Virus record (IMG/VR): IMGVR_UViG_3300027985_001833
Coordinates: 14,539 to 78,538 of that record
Length of the DNA: 64,000 nt
From: a virus
Direction: 5' to 3' (one strand)
The position numbers and the translations under genes were made by a program. The notes under the pieces are model-generated. The model ran no database searches and was not told where the DNA came from. It saw nothing but the letters and a program-made list of their open reading frames with translations. Every line of letters begins with the position of its first letter. Within the stretch, counting starts at the first letter, position 1. Shown piece after piece: positions 29,033 through 38,454 of the stretch.

Positions 29033-29317
29033 CTAATCAAACAAGACTCCTGCCCAAAAGCTTTTTTTAATTTTAATTGCGGCTTCAATTGTAGTTTTAA
29101 AACCGTGTTCTTTCAACCATGTGCGAGCTTCATACACGGTCCATTTTGATGATTCAAATCTTATTGACTGCATCTCTACAATTCTCTTCCCGGCATCAAT
29201 TTTAATCCCCCAAATAACATCAACGCCATCTGGAAATCCTTTGGGTCTATTTCTGCGAAATTCTTTATAATTATTTGGAGATTTTTGACGCGCAGCGTGT
29301 TCATTTGGAAATGGCAT
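29033..29317 (-). CDS. small PxPNEHAAR-type phage protein with scaffold-like C-terminal peptide
   Basis: MPFPNEHAAR...QSIRF...WT..EAR.WL..H; ends KIKKSFWAGVLFD. Confidence 0.7.
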   Translation of the reverse strand: MPFPNEHAARQKSPNNYKEFRRNRPKGFPDGVDVIWGIKIDAGKRIVEMQSIRFESSKWTVYEARTWLKEHGFKTTIEAAIKIKKSFWAGVLFD

Positions 29318-29354
29318 TCAATCACCTTAATATCTTTTCTGTGCATTTTAGATT

Positions 29355-29660
29355 TCATGGTAAAATTCCATTAGGATCAAATGGAGACCCTGTGACGCTA
29401 TCTAATCCAAGATGCTGTGAATCTTTATCTTGATAAAATGCTTGTAAAATATCGCCAACCAGCGGGGCTTCTATAAATTCAATAGTGCCATCGTCTATTT
29501 CCGTCCAACCCGCTCTATCATCTGTATTTTCGTACACTTGGCCATTCCATACGATTTTAATGGTCCCAGATACGTATTTAGATGCTGTCTGAAAAATTCG
29601 ATTGACACCATCAATAACCCCAATTAAATCTTCAATTATTGAATTATAATAATCAACCAT
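29355..29660 (-). CDS. virion structural protein (single beta-rich repeat unit)
   Basis: G.IDG.N..F...G...V..NG...I.F..AP..GD.L...Y pattern. Confidence 0.6.
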   Translation of the reverse strand: MVDYYNSIIEDLIGVIDGVNRIFQTASKYVSGTIKIVWNGQVYENTDDRAGWTEIDDGTIEFIEAPLVGDILQAFYQDKDSQHLGLDSVTGSPFDPNGILP

Positions 29661-29661
29661 T

Positions 29662-29988
29662 TTATTTTTTCAATTCAATTGTCTTCAATGATGATTGAAT
29701 ATTATTTAATTTTTCATCGATATTTCCGGAAGCGACTTGATCTTGGATTTTGGCCACCTTTGATTGCAATTGTGTAAACTGATACACCGCCGTAATGGCC
29801 GATGCTAAGAGCAACGCTAATAATGATACAAATATTGTTTTAAAAAATTTCCAAGAACCTAACTCGCCAATAATTGATTGAATGTTTTCTTGTAATTTCA
29901 TAATAGTCATTTCGATTCTATTGAAATCAATTTGTCTGATGCACCTATGTTTTATTGCATCCATCTCTGCCCTCTGACCACCCATCAC
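29662..29988 (-). CDS. single-TM coiled-coil membrane protein (holin/XhlA-like?)
   Basis: coiled coil, TM (IFVSLLALLLASAITAVY), coiled coil. Confidence 0.45.
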   Translation of the reverse strand: MMGGQRAEMDAIKHRCIRQIDFNRIEMTIMKLQENIQSIIGELGSWKFFKTIFVSLLALLLASAITAVYQFTQLQSKVAKIQDQVASGNIDEKLNNIQSSLKTIELKK

Positions 29989-29999
29989 AGACCCTTTCT

Positions 30000-30899
30000 T
30001 TACGACATATCCTTGTATGATTCATAACAGTGAATTGCCATTCCTGCATATGAATCGCCCTTGGGATCATTAAATTCAACAGAAATTTTTGTAAACTCAA
30101 TTTCCATTTGCGATTTAGTCTTACCAAAATAAGTTATCCAAGATGGTGTAATATTTTTTGTTTCTGCGCACACCCAAACGAATTTCCTACATTGATAAAA
30201 TTCGTTTGCTTTTTCTATAAATGATTTCGCTTGGTCAATTTGGCCAATTTGGCCTCCAATGGTTTCTGCAACATTGCTGTAAGAGCCAATAAATGCCTCA
30301 TCGACTGTTTTGAGCAAATGTTCGCCGTGATAACCTAAGAGTCCATCATATTCAATTTTTTCATCAAATGGTGAATCTTGACCATCAGACATCGACCACC
30401 AAGGTATCCAACAACCAACAGGAATTTGTAATTGCATTTTAGTGGTTTCAATTAATTTACAAAACGATGGAATGTATTCATGCAAATCTGGAAGTGGAGA
30501 AAGGGTGAAATATTCCACATCGTACAAAAATCCATCAAAAGCTTCTTCAGGATGGATTTTGTTAAACATTTGAATAGGCGTTATGATATTTTTTTTCACC
30601 CATTTTTGATTAATTCCCCAATCAGAATTTCCAGCCATTGCATACACTTTAATTCCTTCATTTTTTAGCTCTCTAATAAGCAATTGCAAATTATCAACAT
30701 TGGACGTATCCCAATTTGTAAATCCCAACCAATTATACATATTCAACAAAATACAATTGATGTCTTCATTTTTACAAAAAGCAACCAAAGAATCCATTTC
30801 TGCGGATTCATCGACTAAATTTTTGTTCCATACGAACATAGCCCTATTCAAATCATAATTATGCGGTGTAATTCTAGACATTTCATCTCCCTTTTGCAC
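30000..30899 (-). CDS. TIM-barrel glycoside hydrolase-like protein
   Basis: AMFVW, GIKVYAM.G...W, FDGFLYDVEY (GH18-like DxE), G+AIH.Y. Confidence 0.6.
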   Translation of the reverse strand: MQKGDEMSRITPHNYDLNRAMFVWNKNLVDESAEMDSLVAFCKNEDINCILLNMYNWLGFTNWDTSNVDNLQLLIRELKNEGIKVYAMAGNSDWGINQKWVKKNIITPIQMFNKIHPEEAFDGFLYDVEYFTLSPLPDLHEYIPSFCKLIETTKMQLQIPVGCWIPWWSMSDGQDSPFDEKIEYDGLLGYHGEHLLKTVDEAFIGSYSNVAETIGGQIGQIDQAKSFIEKANEFYQCRKFVWVCAETKNITPSWITYFGKTKSQMEIEFTKISVEFNDPKGDSYAGMAIHCYESYKDMS

Positions 30900-30983
30900 T
30901 ACAATGCATCGTCAGATTCCTAATTCCCTTATGCCTGTCTTGATTTGTCATTATTTTCTCTCAATCCATCTCGCTTGTTATTA

Positions 30984-32030
30984 TCAATATGATCTCCCTC
31001 CAATTATATCCACGTAATCAATTTTACAATCTCTAACCGCCGTGCCTGCTGATCTGGCAATTTGGGCTCTAAAATACATTGAGCTGGTGGGTATGTTGGT
31101 TGTGTGTTCCACAATTTGGTCTTCATCAATAAAAAATTTAATACTCGATGCGGATATTTGTATGCCAAAATGGTGCCATGCCGTATCAAGCGCTTTAGAA
31201 CTCGTGTATGATGTGGACACGCCGCCTGACGAATTCCTACACACCCAGTAACCGGCAGCGGTGTCGGCGACGAATTCTATTTTATTGTTGGAATCATCAT
31301 AGAAGCCAATATAAGCCATGTGATCAACAGTGTGATCTAATTTAAAACCAGTTTTTAACGTGATATTGTAAGATGCCTTAAAGTTTTTTAAGGCATCTGT
31401 TAACGTTGCGTAATCACCAGAAGTTTCACCACTTCTAATTCTAATTTGTCCATGTTCGCCAGAAATGGCAGATACTTCAGAATTGGTACCATAGTTATCA
31501 CTTGTCCATATATACCAATTCAAATCAACGCCAATAAAATCATCAAATATTTTGAAATAATCTGATGGTTCAATGTATTTGATGGTTTTCCATCTAACAC
31601 CATCGGATTCAGATGAATCAACAACCAACATCTGCCCGTCAATTGTCCCGATAGCCCTCCTGGCAATCGTATCATTGGCAGTGCCCACGAACAAATCGCC
31701 CTTGGCGTTTGCTATTGATTTCATAAGAGCGCCAGCAGAATACACATTGCTGGCATCCGTAACGTCTGCACCTGTTTCTATTCCGTCCAATTTCGCGATT
31801 TGTTCAGCGGTGGCCAGGCCTTTTTGCGATGAAGATGCGTTTTGAATATCGTCTGTACCATTAACGTGCGTGGATGCATGATTTCCCGGCGTGGCGCCTG
31901 CGCCTATTTCGGTTTCTGTGCCGGCATCGTCCTTTGAATACCATTTTTTATCCGTTTTAGGATACAATTTAGTGTATCCAATTGATGGAGTGTCTGCAGA
32001 CGATACGTTGCTAGTGTTGATTTCGCCCAT
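30984..32030 (-). CDS. virion fibre protein with C-terminal lectin-like domain
   Basis: HASTH..G.D, KLDGIE.GADVT, AKGDL.V stalk motifs; FDDF...WH...FFID...IDY concanavalin-like head. Confidence 0.7.
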   Translation of the reverse strand: MGEINTSNVSSADTPSIGYTKLYPKTDKKWYSKDDAGTETEIGAGATPGNHASTHVNGTDDIQNASSSQKGLATAEQIAKLDGIETGADVTDASNVYSAGALMKSIANAKGDLFVGTANDTIARRAIGTIDGQMLVVDSSESDGVRWKTIKYIEPSDYFKIFDDFIGVDLNWYIWTSDNYGTNSEVSAISGEHGQIRIRSGETSGDYATLTDALKNFKASYNITLKTGFKLDHTVDHMAYIGFYDDSNNKIEFVADTAAGYWVCRNSSGGVSTSYTSSKALDTAWHHFGIQISASSIKFFIDEDQIVEHTTNIPTSSMYFRAQIARSAGTAVRDCKIDYVDIIGGRSY

Positions 32031-32407
32031 TATATCACCACCAATTTACCGTTTAGTTGCAATGTTCCTTCGATTGTTGCTTTGTTATAAATTACGTATT
32101 GATAACCATCCGGAACAAGATAAATTATGCCACCGGGAACCTTTTCAGGAGAGAAAAACAATGTAGACAAATTGACTCTGTTTGGATGGATTTGATCAAA
32201 AAATTGTAAATTACCATTATCGCGACAGTAGCCTACGGTTTCATCTCGCTCGCCGCTCTCTTGCACATATCCACCAGCGCTTTCAATAGCATCCACTTCA
32301 GGATCAATTGGGGTTGGCGAACCATAAACACCAGTGTGTGAATCCTGTCCGCCCAACTCTGTGCATTCTGTTTTGATTACTTGAACTCTGTCTACGCCGA
32401 TAGCCAT
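32030..32407 (-). CDS. virion structural protein
   Basis: C-terminal VP.GYQ......IEG.L.+NG.LV beta motif; position in appendage block. Confidence 0.5.
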   Translation of the reverse strand: MAIGVDRVQVIKTECTELGGQDSHTGVYGSPTPIDPEVDAIESAGGYVQESGERDETVGYCRDNGNLQFFDQIHPNRVNLSTLFFSPEKVPGGIIYLVPDGYQYVIYNKATIEGTLQLNGKLVVI

Positions 32408-32410
32408 TGA

Positions 32411-33679
32411 TTATGCAGCCTTGCGTCCAACGTAATATGGATGCACTTCAAGATCAGTAGCGTTTTTCGCTGTTCCAACAAAAATCACATGGTTTCCAGC
32501 CGAGATAGAACCATAGGCAACTAACCCACCAGTGTCACCAACGAAATATCGATCACCAACGGTTGCACCGCTGATCACCCCGACCGCTACGCCACGACGA
32601 ATACAGGTCCCGGTTGAACTAGCTGAAATACCACCAGATTCTTCAACTACCGCCATACAATCAACTTTGCTATTAACGCTTGCTTGACATTTTTGAACTT
32701 CATCGTTTGCACCTCCCCATTCAACCGGATCACCTTGTGCTAAAGATTCATATGCAGTCAATTCGTCTTCAAGTCTATTTGCTGCTGTTGCTGAGTGCGT
32801 GTGAAGCGAATCTGCGTTTGATGATGAACCTGCAGTTAACGTATTTAGATTAGCAGCGGTCACATTTGCACTAACCGCGACACTATTAATCTCAAACAAC
32901 GATGGCAAACCCTGAACGCTCAATCCGCTTGCTCCCTTTGCCAAGGTTGTGCCGTCGAGTTGGACTGAAAGCTTATTACTATCGAAATATAAAGCTGGAT
33001 TGGTTGTCGCTAAATCAACCGATATAACACCAGATGAAATATCAATGCCATTTCCACCTGTATAAGTTCCTGGACCTTGTGTTTGAGTAAAATCAATGGC
33101 CGTTGTATCTACGGTTATTGGATCATTGGTAACAACGGTCCAAGTCGTGTTATCAAGCGTTGTACCCTCGGAAACCCATGTGTGTGCACCCGCTGTCACT
33201 TCGCTATCGTTGTCGAAATCCACGGCTCTAGTCAATATCCATGGAGTTCCTGCATCGCCAACTTGTGTCAACGTATAAATTCCATGATCCACATGGGCCC
33301 CGCCTGAATTCTCATCTTTGACCAAAAATCTATCATTGAGCGATAATGACACGCCATCAGAATTGGATGAACTCCAAGCCCCATTGGCATCAGCAGTAAG
33401 AGTTTTCCCTACGCCTGAACCTGAAGCCGTGTACGATGGCAGTGCGCTTGTGGTTGCTGCTCGAACCGAAGCTTTCGGCGTGGCACCGGCCGCAACGGCA
33501 TCTACGTATTCTTTTGATGCTGCTGCCGTGGCAGAGGGAACTGATGGAAGCCCTGTGATTTCATTTGAATTCATCGTGATGTTCCCAGAGACATCAATCC
33601 CGCCAAATTGCACCGTATCATTGGCGGCCATCTCTTCGCCACCCCATTCAGTCAAAAACATGGGTTTACGTAATGCCAT
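32411..33679 (-). CDS. head fibre/decoration protein
   Basis: ITGL..P....AASKEYVD, K.SVRAATT, DR.LVKD...GIY...W.LTRA.D, V.EGT; C-terminal capsid-cement-like domain. Confidence 0.75.
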   Translation of the reverse strand: MALRKPMFLTEWGGEEMAANDTVQFGGIDVSGNITMNSNEITGLPSVPSATAAASKEYVDAVAAGATPKASVRAATTSALPSYTASGSGVGKTLTADANGAWSSSNSDGVSLSLNDRFLVKDENSGGAHVDHGIYTLTQVGDAGTPWILTRAVDFDNDSEVTAGAHTWVSEGTTLDNTTWTVVTNDPITVDTTAIDFTQTQGPGTYTGGNGIDISSGVISVDLATTNPALYFDSNKLSVQLDGTTLAKGASGLSVQGLPSLFEINSVAVSANVTAANLNTLTAGSSSNADSLHTHSATAANRLEDELTAYESLAQGDPVEWGGANDEVQKCQASVNSKVDCMAVVEESGGISASSTGTCIRRGVAVGVISGATVGDRYFVGDTGGLVAYGSISAGNHVIFVGTAKNATDLEVHPYYVGRKAA

Positions 33680-33723
33680 ATTGTTTCCTCCAATTTTCGA
33701 TCAATATCAAGTTAGTTTCTTTT

Positions 33724-34107
33724 TCATACATCGTCAACTATGGTAATTATACCAGTTTCGTCGTCATACGTCGATTTTTTAAAATCAATATCGTATTTTT
33801 TACCTAATTCGATAAATAATTGAATTTGTTGTTGCTTATATTCCTCAGCTCTTTTTTCTGCTGCCAAGGCTTCTTGACGTTGCGCTCTACAAGCCAATGT
33901 TGCATTAATTTCTATTTTCTCTGCTTCTAAGTGGCATTTTTGAGCATATCTGATCCTTTCTTCCGCTTTAATCCTTAAAAATTCAATTTCAAGTAGATCT
34001 TGTCTTGATAAAATTTTTAAATGTTGCGCCATTGGTACTTCATCTAAATTTTTCACCTTTTCAACCGTTAAAATTTGTTTTTTATTACCTTTTGATTTTG
34101 GCATCAT
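33724..34107 (-). CDS. coiled-coil protein (fibre chaperone-like)
   Basis: central coiled coil, C-terminal KY.ID....YD.ETG.I. Confidence 0.45.
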   Translation of the reverse strand: MMPKSKGNKKQILTVEKVKNLDEVPMAQHLKILSRQDLLEIEFLRIKAEERIRYAQKCHLEAEKIEINATLACRAQRQEALAAEKRAEEYKQQQIQLFIELGKKYDIDFKKSTYDDETGIITIVDDV

Positions 34108-34715
34108 AAACTCCGTTTCACCATTTTTGTTTCATTAGTTAACCATAATACATCGCTGGCTACAGGTTTGCCTATTCTTTGAACCATAACATATCCGTCA
34201 ACTCCAATTGGTGGCAATCCCGATTGAATACCTGTTGTCCACAGATGATACGACGGTTTTGTGTAATCCAAATCTGTAAATATGGTACATGGTCCAAGCA
34301 TTTGTATTACGCCCACTGTTGGTGTGGATTTCGAAACCAATACTCCGATTGCGGGCATTTTTGTTTCATCCATAGGATTGGCTTTTTCAATCCTCCATTT
34401 TCCATTTATACGATCACCACGAACGCAAACAAAATCCCCTATGGAATCACTACTCAAACAAGCAACTGGGTGATAAGCCACTCCAAATAATGCAAACAAC
34501 GATGCATCGCCGCCATGGATAGATGCTGGATCATCGTGCCAATTTCCTATTCCATTGCCATGAATTATGCGTTTTAATTGACTTAAAAGTGCATGATTAA
34601 AATCTTTGAAATCAGTTGAAGTGGATTCAATATTTGCTATCTCGGATGCAGTTTTCTGATCATCAAACTCATCTGGTTTGGCAATTTGTTTGAGTCTTTG
34701 TAATGATGGAGACAT
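34104..34715 (-). CDS. putative capsid decoration protein
   Basis: C-terminal GD.V.V....KA.....MPAIG+...Q.IG cement-like pattern. Confidence 0.55.
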   Translation of the reverse strand: MSPSLQRLKQIAKPDEFDDQKTASEIANIESTSTDFKDFNHALLSQLKRIIHGNGIGNWHDDPASIHGGDASLFALFGVAYHPVACLSSDSIGDFVCVRGDRINGKWRIEKANPMDETKMPAIGVLVSKSTPTVGVIQMLGPCTIFTDLDYTKPSYHLWTTGIQSGLPPIGVDGYVMVQRIGKPVASDVLWLTNETKMVKRSL

Positions 34716-34718
34716 ATT

Positions 34719-35195
34719 TCACTCCACAGGATTATATCGTTGTTTGCCTATTTTATTCAAAGATATTCGGATAGCAGGTTGATTAGCGTGCGCCATAACC
34801 ACCATTTGCATATCGCCAAATGAGCAGACAATTTTCTCTCCACCGCGTAATCCTATGGACTCATTAGCTGCTAAAATTTGTAATTTATATTCAACATTAC
34901 CGAATACAGATGGTTTAGACAACGAATATTGGACACCGGCCTTGCATCCAATATCTTCGTTTGTACATCCGCAATTAGCGCAATGCACCTCTGCAACCTT
35001 GCCACAATGATCACATTTGGCTTTCACATTACATCTTTGGATAATTGTTATCCCGGTTATTGTGGATTGAAATTTTGGATCTGATAATTTTGGAAACCAT
35101 TGTTTGGCGGTTTTTTCATCATTTAAATCTATTCTAACAGTTTGACCGTCTGATGTATGTATTTTGAACACATTGCACCTCGTTGGGTCTACCAA
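34719..35195 (-). CDS. hypothetical protein with zinc-ribbon insertion
   Basis: CDHCG...CANCG. Confidence 0.5.
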   Translation of the reverse strand: MVDPTRCNVFKIHTSDGQTVRIDLNDEKTAKQWFPKLSDPKFQSTITGITIIQRCNVKAKCDHCGKVAEVHCANCGCTNEDIGCKAGVQYSLSKPSVFGNVEYKLQILAANESIGLRGGEKIVCSFGDMQMVVMAHANQPAIRISLNKIGKQRYNPVE

Positions 35196-35219
35196 ATAAG
35201 GCGTGCAACTGAATTTGAT

Positions 35220-35537
35220 TTATTTGCTATCTTTTTTTTCTAAGGATTTTGGTTTGTCGTTTTGTTTATTCGATTTGTTTTCAACAATCAACCCTTTTTC
35301 TTGTGGTGATTTTTTGATTACAATTTTTTCAATAACCAAAACTTTAAACAAGCCAGAAACGTTATTTTTCAAAAACTCCAATTCTTTTGCTCCGATAAAT
35401 TTAACCATTCCTGGAGCAAAATGCAACGCGCCCTTTCTTGTGGTTATTTTTGTTGGAAATTCCACTTGGATGGGTGGTTGGCCTGGTTGATATTGAATTG
35501 GTATTTTAAATTCCTTGTCTCTTCTGTCTTCATTCAT
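35220..35537 (-). CDS. hypothetical protein
   Basis: co-oriented ORF overlapping upstream gene; Lys-rich tail. Confidence 0.5.
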   Translation of the reverse strand: MNEDRRDKEFKIPIQYQPGQPPIQVEFPTKITTRKGALHFAPGMVKFIGAKELEFLKNNVSGLFKVLVIEKIVIKKSPQEKGLIVENKSNKQNDKPKSLEKKDSK

Positions 35538-35901
35538 TTTGCGCCTCCATGATATCAGAAATCATATCATTTTTCAGCTCCGCGCCATCAAAAAAAAGGC
35601 CATATTTTGCACCCAATTTAATCAAATCTGCTTTTTTCATAGACTTTAATCTATCTGCTGATAAAAAATCATCCTTGTGTTGGCTTTTTTCGTCAGCAGA
35701 TTTTTCTTTGTTGTTTTCTATTGGCACAAAAATGGTTTTTTCTGGCTTTGACACGTGCCTAGTGACACTAAAATCACTCCTGCCCTCAAAATATTGTATG
35801 TCTTGTTCGTTTGTAATAATTCGTAATTGATTTAAAACAAATTTGTATTCAGCGTAATGATATGAACAACCTTGAATTAATTTCACGCTAGCAGATGCCA
35901 T
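35530..35901 (-). CDS. Rho-N/HeH-domain protein downstream of capsid gene
   Basis: LKSMKKADLIKLGAKYGL......KNDMI..I. Confidence 0.65.
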   Translation of the reverse strand: MASASVKLIQGCSYHYAEYKFVLNQLRIITNEQDIQYFEGRSDFSVTRHVSKPEKTIFVPIENNKEKSADEKSQHKDDFLSADRLKSMKKADLIKLGAKYGLFFDGAELKNDMISDIMEAQNE

Positions 35902-35948
35902 CTTTGGACCTCCAATTAATGGCTAATATTTTTGAATAAAATAACAGA

Positions 35949-37148
35949 TTAAACGCCAGTTCCAATGTTTTTTACATTCACAATAGCGGATGCCTCTTCG
36001 AAATTAGCATCTGCTTTTACTGTGATTGCGTATTGATTGACACCTTTGAAAATATCCCTTCCGCGTTCAATTCTTACATCGCGCCCAATTGCCACGATGA
36101 AATTACTCTCATGCGTGAGTATCATTTTAGGACTAGCGCTATAGGTCACTTTTACAGTATCGCCATCACCAATACTGCCACCAGCATCGCGAGCAATTGT
36201 CCCGGCGCTTGCGTCTAAAACATAATCCGTACCACTAACATACGGAGTTTGCGGCGGATATTTTGCCAAGGTGCTTGGCAAAACTACTACATCAGAGACA
36301 TTAGCGTTTTTAAGTGTAACAGCAGTGGTTCCATTCAGTTGAACGTGCTCAACGTATGTAGGTTGAAGATTCCAAACAGGAACCTCGATGATTGGAATAC
36401 CAAACGGCTTAACAAGCATGCCTTCTGCAGCAGCATCGCCAAGATTTGATGCCCTAGTGGCCATCTTTTCATAGTATAACTGTGCTAGATCGGGAGACAT
36501 AAAAAAACGCAAATTTTTCTTATTACGTCTGAATTTGGTTGGCATGGCGCGAATGGCCTTACCAAAAATACCAAGGCCGATATTCGCTCCTGCGGCGTCA
36601 ACTTGATTGCCTGATTCAGCAAGATATTGCCATCCATTCAAAAGGGCCAAATAGGTGTCCTTGATATATTGCGTAGTGCTTCCTCCATCAACAATATCAC
36701 CTTCAATTGCCGCAGGACCCAAGGTGTTGCCGAGAATATACAATTCTTCAAGGTCATTTGCCAATTGTTTAGCAAACATTTTGATGATATGGTCTTCTAC
36801 GTCATTCCCTTCCACATTGTGCTCAACAAAAGTGTCTCCAATTTCAACAGGGACCATAACCTCTTTGGGTTGCAGGGTAACTCTGGAAGTGGTAATGCCA
36901 CGTCGCAAACCAGGATCAACTGCCTCTTCTTTTGGCATTGCTGCTCGTTGGCCAATACCAATTTTTTCTACGTAAAGTTTTTCATTGCGAAATCGAACAG
37001 TTCTTGCACTTTTGGAGAGTACGGTCTCTTCAAAAACATAATCAAGAAATTTTTCGGCTTGCGCTGGATTCAATTTCCCTGCTGTTGCTAAAGATTCAGC
37101 AGTAATAACGGCTTTTTGAATCAATTCTTCGTTGCTAATTTTGTTCAT
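35949..37148 (-). CDS. major capsid protein (HK97 fold)
   Basis: G.LNP.QA..F+, +E.N+EG, A...ANDLE.L...G, MP.KF; follows protease/scaffold. Confidence 0.92.
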   Translation of the reverse strand: MNKISNEELIQKAVITAESLATAGKLNPAQAEKFLDYVFEETVLSKSARTVRFRNEKLYVEKIGIGQRAAMPKEEAVDPGLRRGITTSRVTLQPKEVMVPVEIGDTFVEHNVEGNDVEDHIIKMFAKQLANDLEELYILGNTLGPAAIEGDIVDGGSTTQYIKDTYLALLNGWQYLAESGNQVDAAGANIGLGIFGKAIRAMPTKFRRNKKNLRFFMSPDLAQLYYEKMATRASNLGDAAAEGMLVKPFGIPIIEVPVWNLQPTYVEHVQLNGTTAVTLKNANVSDVVVLPSTLAKYPPQTPYVSGTDYVLDASAGTIARDAGGSIGDGDTVKVTYSASPKMILTHESNFIVAIGRDVRIERGRDIFKGVNQYAITVKADANFEEASAIVNVKNIGTGV

Positions 37149-37184
37149 TTTGTTTTGCTCCTTACGATTGCAAATTTATAATCA

Positions 37185-38351
37185 TTAATTAAAAAGCACT
37201 CCGCTCCATAGTGATTTTGTTATTTTCTTATCTTCACTGTCAGTTTCATTATCTCCAATTGATCTGGGAGCAGCTTTAGTCATCATTTCCTCCACACGTT
37301 TATCAATCTTTTCTACACGTTTGGTTAGATTCTCAACCAATTCATCCAACTTGGTCGCCGTTGGGTTGCTATTTTCATTTTTTTCTGTTTTTTCAATTTT
37401 ATCTATTTTGGCCACAGTTGCTGACTCGGTTGTTTTTTGAGTAAGCGTCGAAAGCATTCCTTGAATTGATTCAACTGCTTTGGTTAGATTCTCAACTCTG
37501 TCCGGGGACAATGCTTTAGCACGGGTAATAGCGTTTTCAAGTTCGTCCAAGGTGGAAAGTTTATTGCATTGGACTTCAACCTCATTTTCAATAACTTTTT
37601 TTTCATCCCCAATCGTTGCGGTAGATTCATCCTTTTTATCAGCGTCTAACGATTTAGCAATTTCCGAAACGCTGTTTGCAACTTTTTCCATAGCTTTTAA
37701 AACGTCTTCATTACTTGTTGCTTCAATAGTTTCATCACCTTTGTTTTCATTTTTTTCAATAACAGTAGCAACATCTTTCACTTCATCAGATTGTTTTGTT
37801 TTGTCCATTGGCTTTTCCTCCATTGTTTTGCTCTTAATTACATCAAATAACATAAGATTTGCCGGCATATCCACTACGGATATTTCCTCTACGAAAATTT
37901 CCGTCAATTCTCTTTTGGGTTGTATATCTGTACTTTTTTCCAACATTTTGGCTCTTGCTCTACCGCCGATGGAAAATCCTGTAATTGCGCCATCCTTAAT
38001 CTTTTTCCAAATATCATCATCCAACACTTTGACTTGTATAATCCAACTGCCTTTTTTGATCTTTTTAGTGCCTATCGCAATATCTGATTTCGTAATATAT
38101 GATTGCCTTAGTTGAAAAGACTTATCGAATAATGAATGTTGAACTCCTAATTTAGTTAATTCATTGTATTTAGTTAAAAAATTTGCTCCCGCTTCTTCGA
38201 TCACCCCTTCCTTGATTATTATATCACCATGTGCATCCACTATATGCGGAGCTAACACAACTCCTTCAATAATTCTTGCGTCTTTAGATTTTTCAATTGG
38301 TATATTCCAAGCAACATTTTCATCATGCTGATCATAAATATTTAATGACAT
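37185..38351 (-). CDS. prohead protease (XkdF-like) fused to scaffold
   Basis: G.VL.P...DAHGD, QH, GSW, W.KIK.G.ITGFSIGG, EISVVD.PAN; acidic coiled-coil C-half. Confidence 0.9.
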   Translation of the reverse strand: MSLNIYDQHDENVAWNIPIEKSKDARIIEGVVLAPHIVDAHGDIIIKEGVIEEAGANFLTKYNELTKLGVQHSLFDKSFQLRQSYITKSDIAIGTKKIKKGSWIIQVKVLDDDIWKKIKDGAITGFSIGGRARAKMLEKSTDIQPKRELTEIFVEEISVVDMPANLMLFDVIKSKTMEEKPMDKTKQSDEVKDVATVIEKNENKGDETIEATSNEDVLKAMEKVANSVSEIAKSLDADKKDESTATIGDEKKVIENEVEVQCNKLSTLDELENAITRAKALSPDRVENLTKAVESIQGMLSTLTQKTTESATVAKIDKIEKTEKNENSNPTATKLDELVENLTKRVEKIDKRVEEMMTKAAPRSIGDNETDSEDKKITKSLWSGVLFN

Positions 38352-38454
38352 CCTAATCTCCCGAAGAATAAATGTCTGTTGTTTAGATTACCTTATGTTT
38401 GTTAATCAAGGAAGATTTTCAGAATACGCTGGATGATCATCAATTACCATAGAA

